From the IMG/VR virus record IMGVR_UViG_3300020733_000019, positions 1 to 57,674 of that record: a stretch of DNA of 57,674 bases, one strand, 5' to 3'. The notes beneath the pieces were generated by a model. The model did no database searches. It saw only the letters and a program-made list of their open reading frames with translations, and had not been told where the DNA came from. Of this stretch, positions 9,300-18,750 are shown in pieces (the stretch's first letter is position 1; the number at the start of each line of letters is the position of its first letter). A program made the position numbers and the translations under genes. Origin of the DNA: a virus (taxonomy: Duplodnaviria > Caudoviricetes).

Positions 9300-10765
9300 T
9301 GCAATGGTTTTATGACGGACAAATAAGAAGATATCTTACACAAACAATTCGTATTTTTAGTAATTTTGTGGTAAAGTACGGTGACGGATCCTTGCATCAG
9401 ATTCCTGTATTATACGGTGATGCTGATCGTCAAGTTTCTAGTATTTTAAATCGTAATTCAGAAAACAGTATTAGTAATGTTCCTCGTATTTCTGTTTATA
9501 TTACTGGACTTGAATTAGATCGTAATAGATTAGCTGATCAAACTTACGTAGGTAAACTTAATTTTAGAGAACGTGATATTAATGGATCCGGTGCATACAC
9601 TTCGGCACAGGGTCGTAATTATACAGTAGAACGCTTGATGCCTACTCCGTATACACTAAAAATGAAATGTGATATTTGGGCATCAAGCACAGATCAAAAA
9701 TTGCAAATTCTTGAGCAGATACTAGTGTTGTTTAATCCTAGTCTAGAATTACAAACTACTGACAACTATATTGACTGGACCAGTTTAAGTGTATTAAACT
9801 TAACTGATGTCAGTTGGTCAAGCCGACAAGTTCCGCAGGGCACTGACACAGCTATTGATGTTGCTAGTCTTACATTAGATTCGCCAATATGGATCAGTCC
9901 TCCAGTTAAGGTTAAACATCTTGGTGTTATTACTAAAGTTATTACCAGCGTTTATGGATCAGAGGGAACATATCCAGCTGGCTACATTGATGGTTTAGGC
10001 ATTGATCCTGCACTACAAAGTGACGCTGGCAGTCCTAATTTTAGTGATCTATTGCTTACAGAAGCTACTACAATTACTGGATATACAATACAAGTCTATA
10101 ACGGACAAGCTAGACTATATCTAGCATCAGATGGTGTTGTGCCGATAGAGCCAACTCTGAGTATTCCAACTAGTACAGGGACTCCGCTAGATTGGAGTCA
10201 ACTATTTGCACAATATCCGGGGCAATATATAGCAGGGTCTAGTCAAGTTTATCTGCAACAACCTAGCGGTAATTATGTAATAGGTACTATTGCTGTTAAT
10301 AGTTTAGATCCTACACTATTACAAATTAATTATAATCCAGACACATACCCTAGCAACACAGGTATTGACAGCAACGGATTTTTAAGTACAGATACTCAAC
10401 ATTATAGTGCCTCAATTAGCTATCGTCCTAATAGCCCAGGCACATTTGATGCTATCATTAATCCACAGACCTACACACCTACCAATCCTACAGCAGGCAC
10501 ACGCTACCTTATAATAGAAGATGTAGGTAGTAGTACCAACGCTAACCCTTCAACTGTATGGGGAAGTTTAGTGGCTCACGCTAACGACATTATAGAATAT
10601 AGCGGTACTGCATGGCATGTTATCTTTAATAGTAATCAAGAACACGATACTATGATATGGCAGACGAATATATACACTGGAGTTCAATACAAATGGAACG
10701 GAGTTTCATGGGTAAAGAGCTTTGAAGGTGAATATACGTCTGACTTATGGAAAATAATACTGTAA
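9299..10765 (+). CDS. gp15: Tail sheath stabiliser / tail terminator (T4 gp15-like) with extra C-terminal domains
   Basis: FYD.QIRRY......FSN, IPV.YG, PRIS..ITG...D..R, MPTPY.L....IW.....Q.LQILEQIL..FNP motifs. Confidence 0.88.
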   Translation: MQWFYDGQIRRYLTQTIRIFSNFVVKYGDGSLHQIPVLYGDADRQVSSILNRNSENSISNVPRISVYITGLELDRNRLADQTYVGKLNFRERDINGSGAYTSAQGRNYTVERLMPTPYTLKMKCDIWASSTDQKLQILEQILVLFNPSLELQTTDNYIDWTSLSVLNLTDVSWSSRQVPQGTDTAIDVASLTLDSPIWISPPVKVKHLGVITKVITSVYGSEGTYPAGYIDGLGIDPALQSDAGSPNFSDLLLTEATTITGYTIQVYNGQARLYLASDGVVPIEPTLSIPTSTGTPLDWSQLFAQYPGQYIAGSSQVYLQQPSGNYVIGTIAVNSLDPTLLQINYNPDTYPSNTGIDSNGFLSTDTQHYSASISYRPNSPGTFDAIINPQTYTPTNPTAGTRYLIIEDVGSSTNANPSTVWGSLVAHANDIIEYSGTAWHVIFNSNQEHDTMIWQTNIYTGVQYKWNGVSWVKSFEGEYTSDLWKIIL

Positions 10766-11196
10766 AAGAACCTATAGTTTGTAGCGGAGCATTATTCTAC
10801 GCTAAATCTACACGACGTTTCCTACTATTACAGAAAGCACACGGCAAACACGAAGGTACCTGGGGGCTTGTAGGTGGGACCAATATCCAAGGCGAGACTC
10901 CTTGGCAGGGTTTACAACGTGAAATTACTGAAGAAATTGGTAGTCACCCAAAAATAATTAAGACAATTCCCCTTGAGACGTTTGTATCAAACGATCGTGT
11001 GTTTAATTTTCATACTTATCTGTGCGTAATAGAATCTGAATTTGTACCCGTGTTAAGTGACGAACACAATGGCTGGGCGTGGGCAGTCATTGACAGAGCT
11101 CCAAAACCTCTGCACCAGGGACTTAGAAATAGTTTTTCAAGTAAAACTATTCGTACAAAATTACAGACTGTATTTGACCTAGTTGATTTAATTTAA
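10747..11196 (+). CDS. NUDIX hydrolase
   Basis: Nudix box WGLVGG....GETPWQGLQREITEEIG and downstream LSDEH..W.W. Confidence 0.92.
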   Translation: MENNTVKEPIVCSGALFYAKSTRRFLLLQKAHGKHEGTWGLVGGTNIQGETPWQGLQREITEEIGSHPKIIKTIPLETFVSNDRVFNFHTYLCVIESEFVPVLSDEHNGWAWAVIDRAPKPLHQGLRNSFSSKTIRTKLQTVFDLVDLI

Positions 11197-11207
11197 AGGA
11201 GAAAAAA

Positions 11208-11543
11208 ATGCCAGTGTTAAGACCAGTTCATGATAGGTTACTTGTTAAAAGAATAGAACCAGAAAAAACTACAGCAGGCGGAATAGTAATTCCAGTTGCA
11301 TCGCAGGATGAAAAAACATCAAAGGGTGTGATTGTTGCGGCAGGGCCTGGAAAATATTCTGAAAAAACAGGAATATTAATCCCAATGTCTGTTAAAGTAG
11401 GTGACGAAATAATGTTTCATCCTGCTGCCGGATCAAAAATTACCGTAGGCGGTGAAGCATATTGGTGTATGCCTGAGAGTGATGCATGGTGTGTAATTGA
11501 TCCAGATGAGCCCGTTGGCCCTGTTGAATTTAAATTTGATTAA
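11208..11543 (+). CDS. groES: Co-chaperonin GroES (Cpn10)
   Basis: LRPVHDRLLVKR...EKTTAGGIVIP...G.IVAAGPG...PMSVKVGD signature; AAGGAG RBS. Confidence 0.95.
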   Translation: MPVLRPVHDRLLVKRIEPEKTTAGGIVIPVASQDEKTSKGVIVAAGPGKYSEKTGILIPMSVKVGDEIMFHPAAGSKITVGGEAYWCMPESDAWCVIDPDEPVGPVEFKFD

Positions 11544-11550
11544 TTTTTAA

Positions 11551-12108
11551 ATGACTAATAAAGATCTATTAGATGCTAATAACTATTTTGTAGTGAAAGA
11601 TTTTATCCATCCTGATGCATTAACTGTTATTTCAAAAGAATTTAAAAAACATTGTATTAATACTTTTGCAAAACCTGATGATCAAGTTCCGGGATCACCG
11701 GCAGTGTATGGACATCCGCTAGTAGATAAAATCCTAATTTCAAAAATATTTTATATGAATGATCTAATAGGTGAAAGATTATATCCAACCTATTGTTACG
11801 GACGGTGGTATAAAAAAGGTGCAGAATTGCCTGCACATTTAGATGCAGAAGCATGTGAAATAAGTGTTACACTTAATATTAGTGGAGATGCCTGGCCAAT
11901 TTTTATTAAGAAGCCAGATGGTACACCTGCTAGTATTACTCTATCACCCGGCGAAGCTATGATTTACAAGGGAATGACTGCCGAGCACTGGAGAGAAAAA
12001 TTTGAAGGGACTGAGTGCATACAAGTATTTTTACACTATGTTAAAATCTTTGGTGCTAATTATTTTCAAGCATTTGATTTGAGACGTAACCCGGCAGGTC
12101 CTATATGA
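11551..12108 (+). CDS. Fe(II)/2-oxoglutarate-dependent oxygenase (HxD type)
   Basis: Y.R.Y..G..L..HLD...CEISVTL...L.PG.A.IY.G....HWRE...QVFLHY double-stranded beta-helix pattern. Confidence 0.82.
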   Translation: MTNKDLLDANNYFVVKDFIHPDALTVISKEFKKHCINTFAKPDDQVPGSPAVYGHPLVDKILISKIFYMNDLIGERLYPTYCYGRWYKKGAELPAHLDAEACEISVTLNISGDAWPIFIKKPDGTPASITLSPGEAMIYKGMTAEHWREKFEGTECIQVFLHYVKIFGANYFQAFDLRRNPAGPI

Positions 12109-12701
12109 TACAATATCATTTTCCTACAGCAATTCTAACAGAATTTCATCCTATTACAGCCAAAGCTATGCTACCTGTAGCAAGGAAGTATCTAGATGAT
12201 TCAAAGATAGCTAGCACCAAATGGGGATATACTACAACCTATGGATTTGAAAATCCAGGAGGTATCGCTTATATGCCGGATGTAGAACCTTTTAGAATTC
12301 TTATAGAAAAAACAGGAAGAAAATATCTTCATGATTTAGGATATGATAGTAAAGGTATAGAATTTTTTTCATTTGTATTTGTAAGCGAGATGTTTGAAGG
12401 TGCCTCTCATGATGAACATACTCATCCCGAATCTATATTATCGGGTTTATTATACTTACAAGTACCGCCGGGATCTTCTTCATTAATATTAACTGATCCT
12501 AGACCATTTAGAGATTTTGTACACATACCAAAATTAGATAACAAACCAACTAGTACTAATGTTTCGGAATTGACAATAGAACCTAAAAATGGTTTGCTAT
12601 TAATGTGGGAATCATGGTTGCCGCACCTTGTACCTAAAACTAAAAATAAAGATAATGGCCGCATTACTATGGTTTTTAATATTTGTAGGAAATCAGCATG
12701 A
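12105..12701 (+). CDS. Putative Fe(II)/2OG oxygenase, TIGR02466-like (HxH type)
   Basis: FPT.I N-terminus, HTHP.S.LSG..YL, L.DPR, W.SWL.H.V, RI...FNI. Confidence 0.85.
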   Translation: MIQYHFPTAILTEFHPITAKAMLPVARKYLDDSKIASTKWGYTTTYGFENPGGIAYMPDVEPFRILIEKTGRKYLHDLGYDSKGIEFFSFVFVSEMFEGASHDEHTHPESILSGLLYLQVPPGSSSLILTDPRPFRDFVHIPKLDNKPTSTNVSELTIEPKNGLLLMWESWLPHLVPKTKNKDNGRITMVFNICRKSA

Positions 12702-13399
12702 GTAATTTTTTTAAATTTGATAAAGATAACCATCCCTTAGCTGGAACTATAGTATGTAAAAATGATTTCTTTAATAATCCTCAAAAAATTATTGAACTTT
12801 CTAAAAAACAAACATACAATGGGTCCGAAAGATGGCCGGGAAAAAGAACTGATAATTTATTAGAATCTGTAGATCCTGAAAGCAGAGATTTTGCTGTATT
12901 TTTTGCTAAAAAATTAGGCACTGAAGTATTTCCAGGCATTAGTAGATTTAACACTCATATTAGCTTTCACATAAATGATGTATACGACGACGAAGCTTCA
13001 AATGAAGGGTGGATACATAATGATGATGTTACTCTCGCTGGATTAGTTTATCTTACCCCCAACGAAGCCAATTTTAATAACGGAACCTCAATTTTTTTAA
13101 AAAAAGGTGAGCAAGATTTTAGAAATACTGATTATCGATCTAGAAAAGATTTTAATCTTACTAAGATCGCTACTGAGCAATATAAAAAAGATTTAGCTAT
13201 GAATCATAGAAATTTTGAAGAGACTGTGCGATTTGGAAATTTGTTTAATAGATTAATTGCATATGATTCAAATTTGTGGCATAGGCCCAATAACTATAAA
13301 ACTAATACAACTTTTCCTAGAACGACTTTATTATTCTTTATTGATTTTTATGAATATGAATTTCCTAGCCTGTCAGTTGCTAGCAAGTGGGTAGATTAA
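12698..13399 (+). CDS. Putative Fe(II)/2OG oxygenase (HxD type)
   Basis: DFF.NP..I, WPG.RT, GWIHND...AGLVYL, GTS, FNRLI.YD...WH, R.T..FF. Confidence 0.8.
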   Translation: MSNFFKFDKDNHPLAGTIVCKNDFFNNPQKIIELSKKQTYNGSERWPGKRTDNLLESVDPESRDFAVFFAKKLGTEVFPGISRFNTHISFHINDVYDDEASNEGWIHNDDVTLAGLVYLTPNEANFNNGTSIFLKKGEQDFRNTDYRSRKDFNLTKIATEQYKKDLAMNHRNFEETVRFGNLFNRLIAYDSNLWHRPNNYKTNTTFPRTTLLFFIDFYEYEFPSLSVASKWVD

Positions 13400-13400
13400 T

Positions 13401-14042
13401 ATGTCTGAAATTGTAAACATTCCATTATTTCCAGTGCCGTTATTTAAACTGAAAGTAACTAATCACGAAAAGATTAAAAAATATTTAATGGATACCATTC
13501 ATCCACATTTCTTAAAGAATGAAATAAACGACAAATATGCCAATGTATATACTGATTATATTCCAGGAGCAGTAAAAGCTCCTTGGAAAATGCTGAATAA
13601 ATTTTATGAAGAAGATATAGAAGAATTTTTAAAAGCCACAGGAATAGATTTTAGCAAAGGATGGAGTTATAAATTTACCTGCTGGTATGGTATGATGACT
13701 GAAACTAAAAATTCTTTAGTACACGATCACACAGGAGGTCCAAGCACTATACAATGGTCAGGAGTCCATTATGTAGTACTAGATACAGATAAAGACAGCG
13801 GCGGAACTATATTTAATAATCCAAATGCTCGCATGATGAAGGGTGTTATTCCTACAAAAAATACTAGCAAAATTCCAGACCTTTATCGACCAAATGATCA
13901 GCAATGCATAGTTGAAGAAGGAGATTTAGTAATGTTTCCATCTTGGTTAGACCATCGCACTCCTGATCATTCAGGCTCGTTACGAGTTATAGTTGCTATG
14001 AATATTATGTTAAAATATACTGGTGAGATTGAGGGATATTAA
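13401..14042 (+). CDS. Putative Fe(II)/2OG oxygenase, TIGR02466-like (HDH)
   Basis: LFP.P, HDH...WSGVHY, T.F.NP, EEGDL.MFPSWL.H, RV.VAMNI. Confidence 0.82.
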   Translation: MSEIVNIPLFPVPLFKLKVTNHEKIKKYLMDTIHPHFLKNEINDKYANVYTDYIPGAVKAPWKMLNKFYEEDIEEFLKATGIDFSKGWSYKFTCWYGMMTETKNSLVHDHTGGPSTIQWSGVHYVVLDTDKDSGGTIFNNPNARMMKGVIPTKNTSKIPDLYRPNDQQCIVEEGDLVMFPSWLDHRTPDHSGSLRVIVAMNIMLKYTGEIEGY

Positions 14043-14045
14043 CCT

Positions 14046-14672
14046 ATGATAGTAGTAGATCGTATACCTATTTTTAGTACAGATATTTTTAAAATTAAAT
14101 TATCTAACCACAATAAAATTAAAAAATACCTAATGGATAATGTATACCCTGGGTTTTTAAAAGACGGGCCTAATGATCCCGTACAAAATGTATATACAGA
14201 TTCATCGGTATTTAAACAATCATCAATAAAAGTTCCGTGGAAAATGTTATCTAAGTTTTATGAAGATGATGTTTGGGAAGTCTTAAAAACTATAGGAGTA
14301 ACAAAAGATGATTGGAGTCTTGATTTAGGGTGTTGGTACGGATTTACAACGGAAAGTCTTTCAGAATTTGTACATGATCATTCAGGCGGTCCTAATAATT
14401 ATCAATTTGGTGCTGTACATTATGTAACGCTTGATACCGAATCATCTGGTACTGTGTTTGTAGATCCGTGTTCTAAACAAATAAAATCAGCTTTACCAAC
14501 TAATAGCCCTTCTCTTTGCCCTGACTATTTTGCTCCAACTAAAAGAGCTCCGGCAGTACAGGAAGGTGATTTTATCATGTTTCCTGCATGGCTTGATCAT
14601 CATGTTCCTAAACATACTAACGGAACACTACGGGTAGTCGTAGTTATGAATATTATGATTCGAACTATTTAA
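14046..14672 (+). CDS. Putative Fe(II)/2OG oxygenase, tandem paralogue of 13401-14042
   Basis: Shares NH.KIKKYLMD...P.FLK, PWKML.KFYE.D, HDH.GGP, MFP.WLDH and LRV.V.MNIM with the previous gene. Confidence 0.82.
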   Translation: MIVVDRIPIFSTDIFKIKLSNHNKIKKYLMDNVYPGFLKDGPNDPVQNVYTDSSVFKQSSIKVPWKMLSKFYEDDVWEVLKTIGVTKDDWSLDLGCWYGFTTESLSEFVHDHSGGPNNYQFGAVHYVTLDTESSGTVFVDPCSKQIKSALPTNSPSLCPDYFAPTKRAPAVQEGDFIMFPAWLDHHVPKHTNGTLRVVVVMNIMIRTI

Positions 14673-14705
14673 TAATCACTATTAAAATCTAAAAACTGTA
14701 GAAAT

Positions 14706-14713
14706 TATAAGTA
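14706..14713 (+). promoter_or_regulatory. Probable late promoter variant (TATAAGTA) inside the oxygenase array
   Basis: One mismatch to TATAAATA, in the only sizeable gap of the array, 5 nt before ATG 14719. Confidence 0.55.
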
Positions 14714-14718
14714 TAAAC

Positions 14719-15393
14719 ATGTCAGCTGTCAATCTTCCAAATGTTGGTTTTTTAATTGAGGATTTGAATCCTTTTGTATTTCAGCGAATAAAAAAAGAGG
14801 TACTTGTACATAAACAAGACTTTGAAGCAACAGAATCATTAGAAACGTCAAAGGATCTTTTACGAGCGTTCCATAAAAGAAAATTAGGCTATACAAAAGA
14901 TTATCAACTTTCTCCAGAGACAGAAGCAGTGTTTATGAAGGAAGTTTTTAAATTTGTTGATTTATTTGATCAGAAGTTTGCCTACGCTGGCAAAATGTTT
15001 AATTATACAGTTAATGTAGAAAATGTAGAAACTACGTTAGAGCTAGAAAGAATTTGGTTAAATTTTCAACGGCCTGGAGAGTTTTTACCTTTACATAATC
15101 ATTCGGGATTATACAGTTTTGTACTTTGGGTTAATATACCATTTGATAATAAAAATGAAAAAGATAACGAACCAAATCCTACATTAATTAAAAATAGAAC
15201 TAGTAATTTTGAATTTGTATATATTGATGCTTTAGGAAAATTAAGCAATCACGCTCTATATGTGGATAAAAAATGGGAAGGTAGAATGGCTATTTTTCCA
15301 GCAGATTTATATCATCAAGTGTATCCATATTATTCTACAGATGATACTAGAATTTCCCTAGCTGGTAATTTAAGGTTAAAAATTGTATCATGA
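14719..15393 (+). CDS. Putative Fe(II)/2OG oxygenase (HNH metal triad)
   Basis: WLNFQRPGEF.PLHNHSG..SFV.W..IP, FEF.Y, EG....FP..L.H.VYP, RIS..GN. Confidence 0.8.
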   Translation: MSAVNLPNVGFLIEDLNPFVFQRIKKEVLVHKQDFEATESLETSKDLLRAFHKRKLGYTKDYQLSPETEAVFMKEVFKFVDLFDQKFAYAGKMFNYTVNVENVETTLELERIWLNFQRPGEFLPLHNHSGLYSFVLWVNIPFDNKNEKDNEPNPTLIKNRTSNFEFVYIDALGKLSNHALYVDKKWEGRMAIFPADLYHQVYPYYSTDDTRISLAGNLRLKIVS

Positions 15394-15986
15394 ACTTTGA
15401 AAAATATGAGTTTATGGGATTTATTGGGGTATTTGAAAATTACTTTAAGAATTCTTATTTTCAAGAAGTAATTAATTACTACGACTCAATATCAAAAATG
15501 CCGTTGCATTCTCAGGATAACACTCCTAAACATTGGAAAGATGACGAGCAATTATATTTGTTAGATCCTAGAGTTATTGTTACATTAAATCCAGAATATG
15601 TAAATCATTTTTTAGAAATACTTTGGGGTAAAATATTTCCCCTGTATGCAGAAAAGTTTAGTATACTACAGGAAAAATCTTATAAAGTAGAACAGATCAA
15701 AATGAAAAGAATAGAGCCGGGTGGAGGATTTCATCAATGGCACTATGAAGCATTAGGACATGATTCTAGAAGACGGCTAGTAGTTCAGTTATATATGAAC
15801 GATATTTCTGATGCAGGCGAAACTGAATTTCTATACCAGAACACTAGAATTATACCAAAAAAGAACAAATTATTAATATGGCCAGCTGACTGGACTCATA
15901 CACATCGGGGTAACCCACCTATCGGGAATACTAACAAATATATTTTAACCACATGGCTGGTAGAAGCAGATGAAGATAAAATTTAA
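15390..15986 (+). CDS. Fe(II)/2OG oxygenase, prolyl-4-hydroxylase-like (HxE)
   Basis: GGGFH.WHYE, R.LV...Y.ND...GETEFLYQ, LLIWPA.WTH.HRGNPP...KYI.T.W. Confidence 0.88.
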   Translation: MNFEKYEFMGFIGVFENYFKNSYFQEVINYYDSISKMPLHSQDNTPKHWKDDEQLYLLDPRVIVTLNPEYVNHFLEILWGKIFPLYAEKFSILQEKSYKVEQIKMKRIEPGGGFHQWHYEALGHDSRRRLVVQLYMNDISDAGETEFLYQNTRIIPKKNKLLIWPADWTHTHRGNPPIGNTNKYILTTWLVEADEDKI

Positions 15987-16722
15987 CATAGATGATGAAC
16001 TAGCTTTAAAGCATTGGCCGCCCGTGCCTGCCAAGGATTATCTGCCAGATTGGTATTCTAACATGCCAAAGGCTCAAGAAACTTATAGTTACGACGAGGC
16101 TGCTATAAAAAGTATTAGAGCATGTGTACCTGTAGAAGATTTTTTAACTGCTGGATATATTCTCAAAGCAACTTTTGAACATAGGGTTTCGGAAGCCGTA
16201 GTTGATTTTAAACCCCAGATGAGTATACAAACTGCTAGAAAAACTGAAGATGATCCTCGATTCGAAGAAAGAAAAAAGAAAGCAGGACCCGCAGAATCAT
16301 ATGGATTACATCCAGACGGGCCATTGGGAATCTACAGCGAAGCTATGTGCCCCATGCGTTCTCAAGGTAAAAAAACTCAGGGAAATTATTTTAGATTTGA
16401 ATCTCCTTGGTCGGTACGCACTCCTCCAGGATATAGTTGCTTAGTTATGCAACCTTATTACTTATTTGATCAAAATGTCAATATTATGCCTGCTATAATT
16501 GATACAGATAAATTTGACAAACGAATTCCTGTTGTAGGGTTTCTTACAGGTAAATCAAAAGAAGTAAGATTTTTCGCAGGAGATCCTTTACTGCAAATTA
16601 TTCCTTTTAAACGAGACGAATGGGAATCTGAATTTACCACTGGGCCAATACTTAATAAATCTAAATTCTTTTTATTCAATGCTTACAAACGTATTTTTCA
16701 TTCACCTAAGAGATTTAAATGA
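15970..16722 (+). CDS. Conserved hypothetical protein, paralogue 1 of 3 (possible dUTPase-like beta fold)
   Basis: P.PA...LP.W...MP, I..C.PV.D.LT.GYI, PW...TPPGYS.L...P, PAIIDTD, GDPL.Q.IPFKR. Confidence 0.7.
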   Translation: MKIKFNIDDELALKHWPPVPAKDYLPDWYSNMPKAQETYSYDEAAIKSIRACVPVEDFLTAGYILKATFEHRVSEAVVDFKPQMSIQTARKTEDDPRFEERKKKAGPAESYGLHPDGPLGIYSEAMCPMRSQGKKTQGNYFRFESPWSVRTPPGYSCLVMQPYYLFDQNVNIMPAIIDTDKFDKRIPVVGFLTGKSKEVRFFAGDPLLQIIPFKRDEWESEFTTGPILNKSKFFLFNAYKRIFHSPKRFK

Positions 16723-17420
16723 CCAATTTAATAACATTTGCAACTAGTGATCGTGAAACATTAGAAATGTTTCCTGTATTACCTGCATCAAAACTAATTC
16801 CTGAATGGTTTAAAGACATGCCTGTAGAGGTAGATGCATATATGGACGTAGTAGTACCCCATACTCCGACTATAAAAAGATGTATGCCAGTATTAGATTA
16901 CTTGACTACTGGTTATATTATTCGTGCTTCACATGAAATACAAATTAAAAAAGAAGTAGACGAACATTTTTTTAATTCTTTTAGATTTCGTAGTCGAGAA
17001 AATCACAAAGTTGTAGCAAAACATCCTCACCAGCAAGCCCAATTTTCAGAAGATGGCGAAAAAAGTCACTATCTTAAAATTCATCAACCTTGGTATATTA
17101 AGACACCACCGGGATATAGTGTCATGATATTTGATCCATTTTATCATTTTAGAAAAGAATTTAAAATTTTTCCAGGAGTTGTTGACACTGACAAGCACGA
17201 CGAAGTAATAGGGCTCGTGGCATTAGTTAAAGAAAAAGAGTTTATTATTAAACCGGGTGATCCGCTAGTAGTAGTATTTCCTTTTAAACGAAATGATTGG
17301 ACTATGAACACAGAATTTCGAGATAATGAGTATGAAAAGTCTAGTTTTAAATATAGACTTAGTACATACTGGGCCGGATTATATGCCAATTTAATGCATT
17401 CTAAAAAAACTTATAGATAA
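16719..17420 (+). CDS. Conserved hypothetical protein, paralogue 2 of 3
   Basis: Same motif set: IPEWFK.MP, TIKRCMPV.D.LTTGYI, PW.IKTPPGYS, PGVVDTD, GDPL...FPFKR. Confidence 0.7.
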   Translation: MTNLITFATSDRETLEMFPVLPASKLIPEWFKDMPVEVDAYMDVVVPHTPTIKRCMPVLDYLTTGYIIRASHEIQIKKEVDEHFFNSFRFRSRENHKVVAKHPHQQAQFSEDGEKSHYLKIHQPWYIKTPPGYSVMIFDPFYHFRKEFKIFPGVVDTDKHDEVIGLVALVKEKEFIIKPGDPLVVVFPFKRNDWTMNTEFRDNEYEKSSFKYRLSTYWAGLYANLMHSKKTYR

Positions 17421-17421
17421 T

Positions 17422-18114
17422 ATGTTTACATTTTTTAACAAAAAATCTAAAATTGTATTAGATTGTTTTACATTTGTACCGGAGATAGCAACTCTATTTC
17501 CAATAATACATGCAGAAGACCGTATTCCTCCGTTTTGGAAAAATTTGCCAACTGTTGTAAAACATTCCGGCATCAGTAGAGGCACTATGAGAACTTGCCC
17601 AGGGGTTAGTTCATTATTTAGAACTGGATTCATTTTACAAAACTGGTCAGATTGTTGGATTAGCACCGAGAATGATAAGTTAACATGGTTTCCCGAAAAT
17701 GCAGGCGAACAGCATAACCCTAAACAATGGGGAGAATATCTTAAAAATTATCATCACTTAAAACTAGTTAGCCCGTGGAGGATACAAGAAAAAAGTGGTG
17801 TTAATTTTCTTTATACAAACTGTTTTTGGCACGACGACAATTTCAAACCTTTTGTAGTTAACGGGATGGTTGAATACAAATATCAATCAACTACTAGCGT
17901 AAACATGCTAATTCCAAAAACAATGTTTCCAAAAGATTTAACTATTCCGGCCGGTCAAGAATTAGCTCATATAGTCCCAATGTCTGAAAAGGACATTGAG
18001 ATTAAAATGCATACTATATCTAGAACAGAATATGAAAATCTAGGATCGTACACATTCTCGTTTAATGGACAATACTTTAAACGCAAAAAGTTATTAAAAG
18101 AGCAGGGTCTATGA
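17422..18114 (+). CDS. Conserved hypothetical protein, divergent paralogue 3 of 3
   Basis: IP.FWK.LP, TMRTCPGV..L...GFIL, KL.SPW.I, G.V.Y, IPAG..LA..VP. Confidence 0.65.
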   Translation: MFTFFNKKSKIVLDCFTFVPEIATLFPIIHAEDRIPPFWKNLPTVVKHSGISRGTMRTCPGVSSLFRTGFILQNWSDCWISTENDKLTWFPENAGEQHNPKQWGEYLKNYHHLKLVSPWRIQEKSGVNFLYTNCFWHDDNFKPFVVNGMVEYKYQSTTSVNMLIPKTMFPKDLTIPAGQELAHIVPMSEKDIEIKMHTISRTEYENLGSYTFSFNGQYFKRKKLLKEQGL

Positions 18115-18740
18115 AAATACATTCATTGTTCCCAATTCCACTTTACGAACATCAAGGAACACAACAAGAAATATTTCTAATCCAGGACGAGATTAAAAAA
18201 AAATTATTAGAAATAGAACAAAAAGATACGTTTGAAAATCCCCCAGGGTGGGGCGATGGTGTCCAAACTAATATCAAAGCCAGACACAACTCTATAGATG
18301 ACTTTGAATTAGTGCATCTAAAAAGATATATCGAGTTACATGTTAAAAAATATATAGATGCTACACAATCATGGCATCCAGTTCCGATAGCCCTAAGGCA
18401 CAGTTGGATTAATAAAACGGGAAAAGATCAAGGACAAGATTGGCATCAGCATCAAGATTCATTTATTTCAGGTACATATTATTACCAAACCTCAGGAACT
18501 GACGGGGTATTTAGTATAATGAATCCTGTACCATACATGCAACAAGAGCTATTTCCGTTCGGTAATTTATCATATAAGAGCCACGATATTGTGCCAGCAG
18601 TTGGTAAGTTACTATTATTTCCCGGTTGGTTGATGCATTCTGTGGAAAAAAATAAAACTGAAAATATTCGTATCTCAATATCTTTTAATTTCCATAGAAA
18701 TCATTGGAGCGGCATCGCTCAAGATTCTACCTATATCTAA
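18111..18740 (+). CDS. Putative Fe(II)/2OG oxygenase, TIGR02466-like (HQH)
   Basis: LFPIP.Y, SWIN, HQH.DS.ISG.YY, P..G.LLLFP.WL.HSV..N.T...RISISFN. Confidence 0.87.
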   Translation: MKIHSLFPIPLYEHQGTQQEIFLIQDEIKKKLLEIEQKDTFENPPGWGDGVQTNIKARHNSIDDFELVHLKRYIELHVKKYIDATQSWHPVPIALRHSWINKTGKDQGQDWHQHQDSFISGTYYYQTSGTDGVFSIMNPVPYMQQELFPFGNLSYKSHDIVPAVGKLLLFPGWLMHSVEKNKTENIRISISFNFHRNHWSGIAQDSTYI

Positions 18741-18750
18741 AACTCGACCA

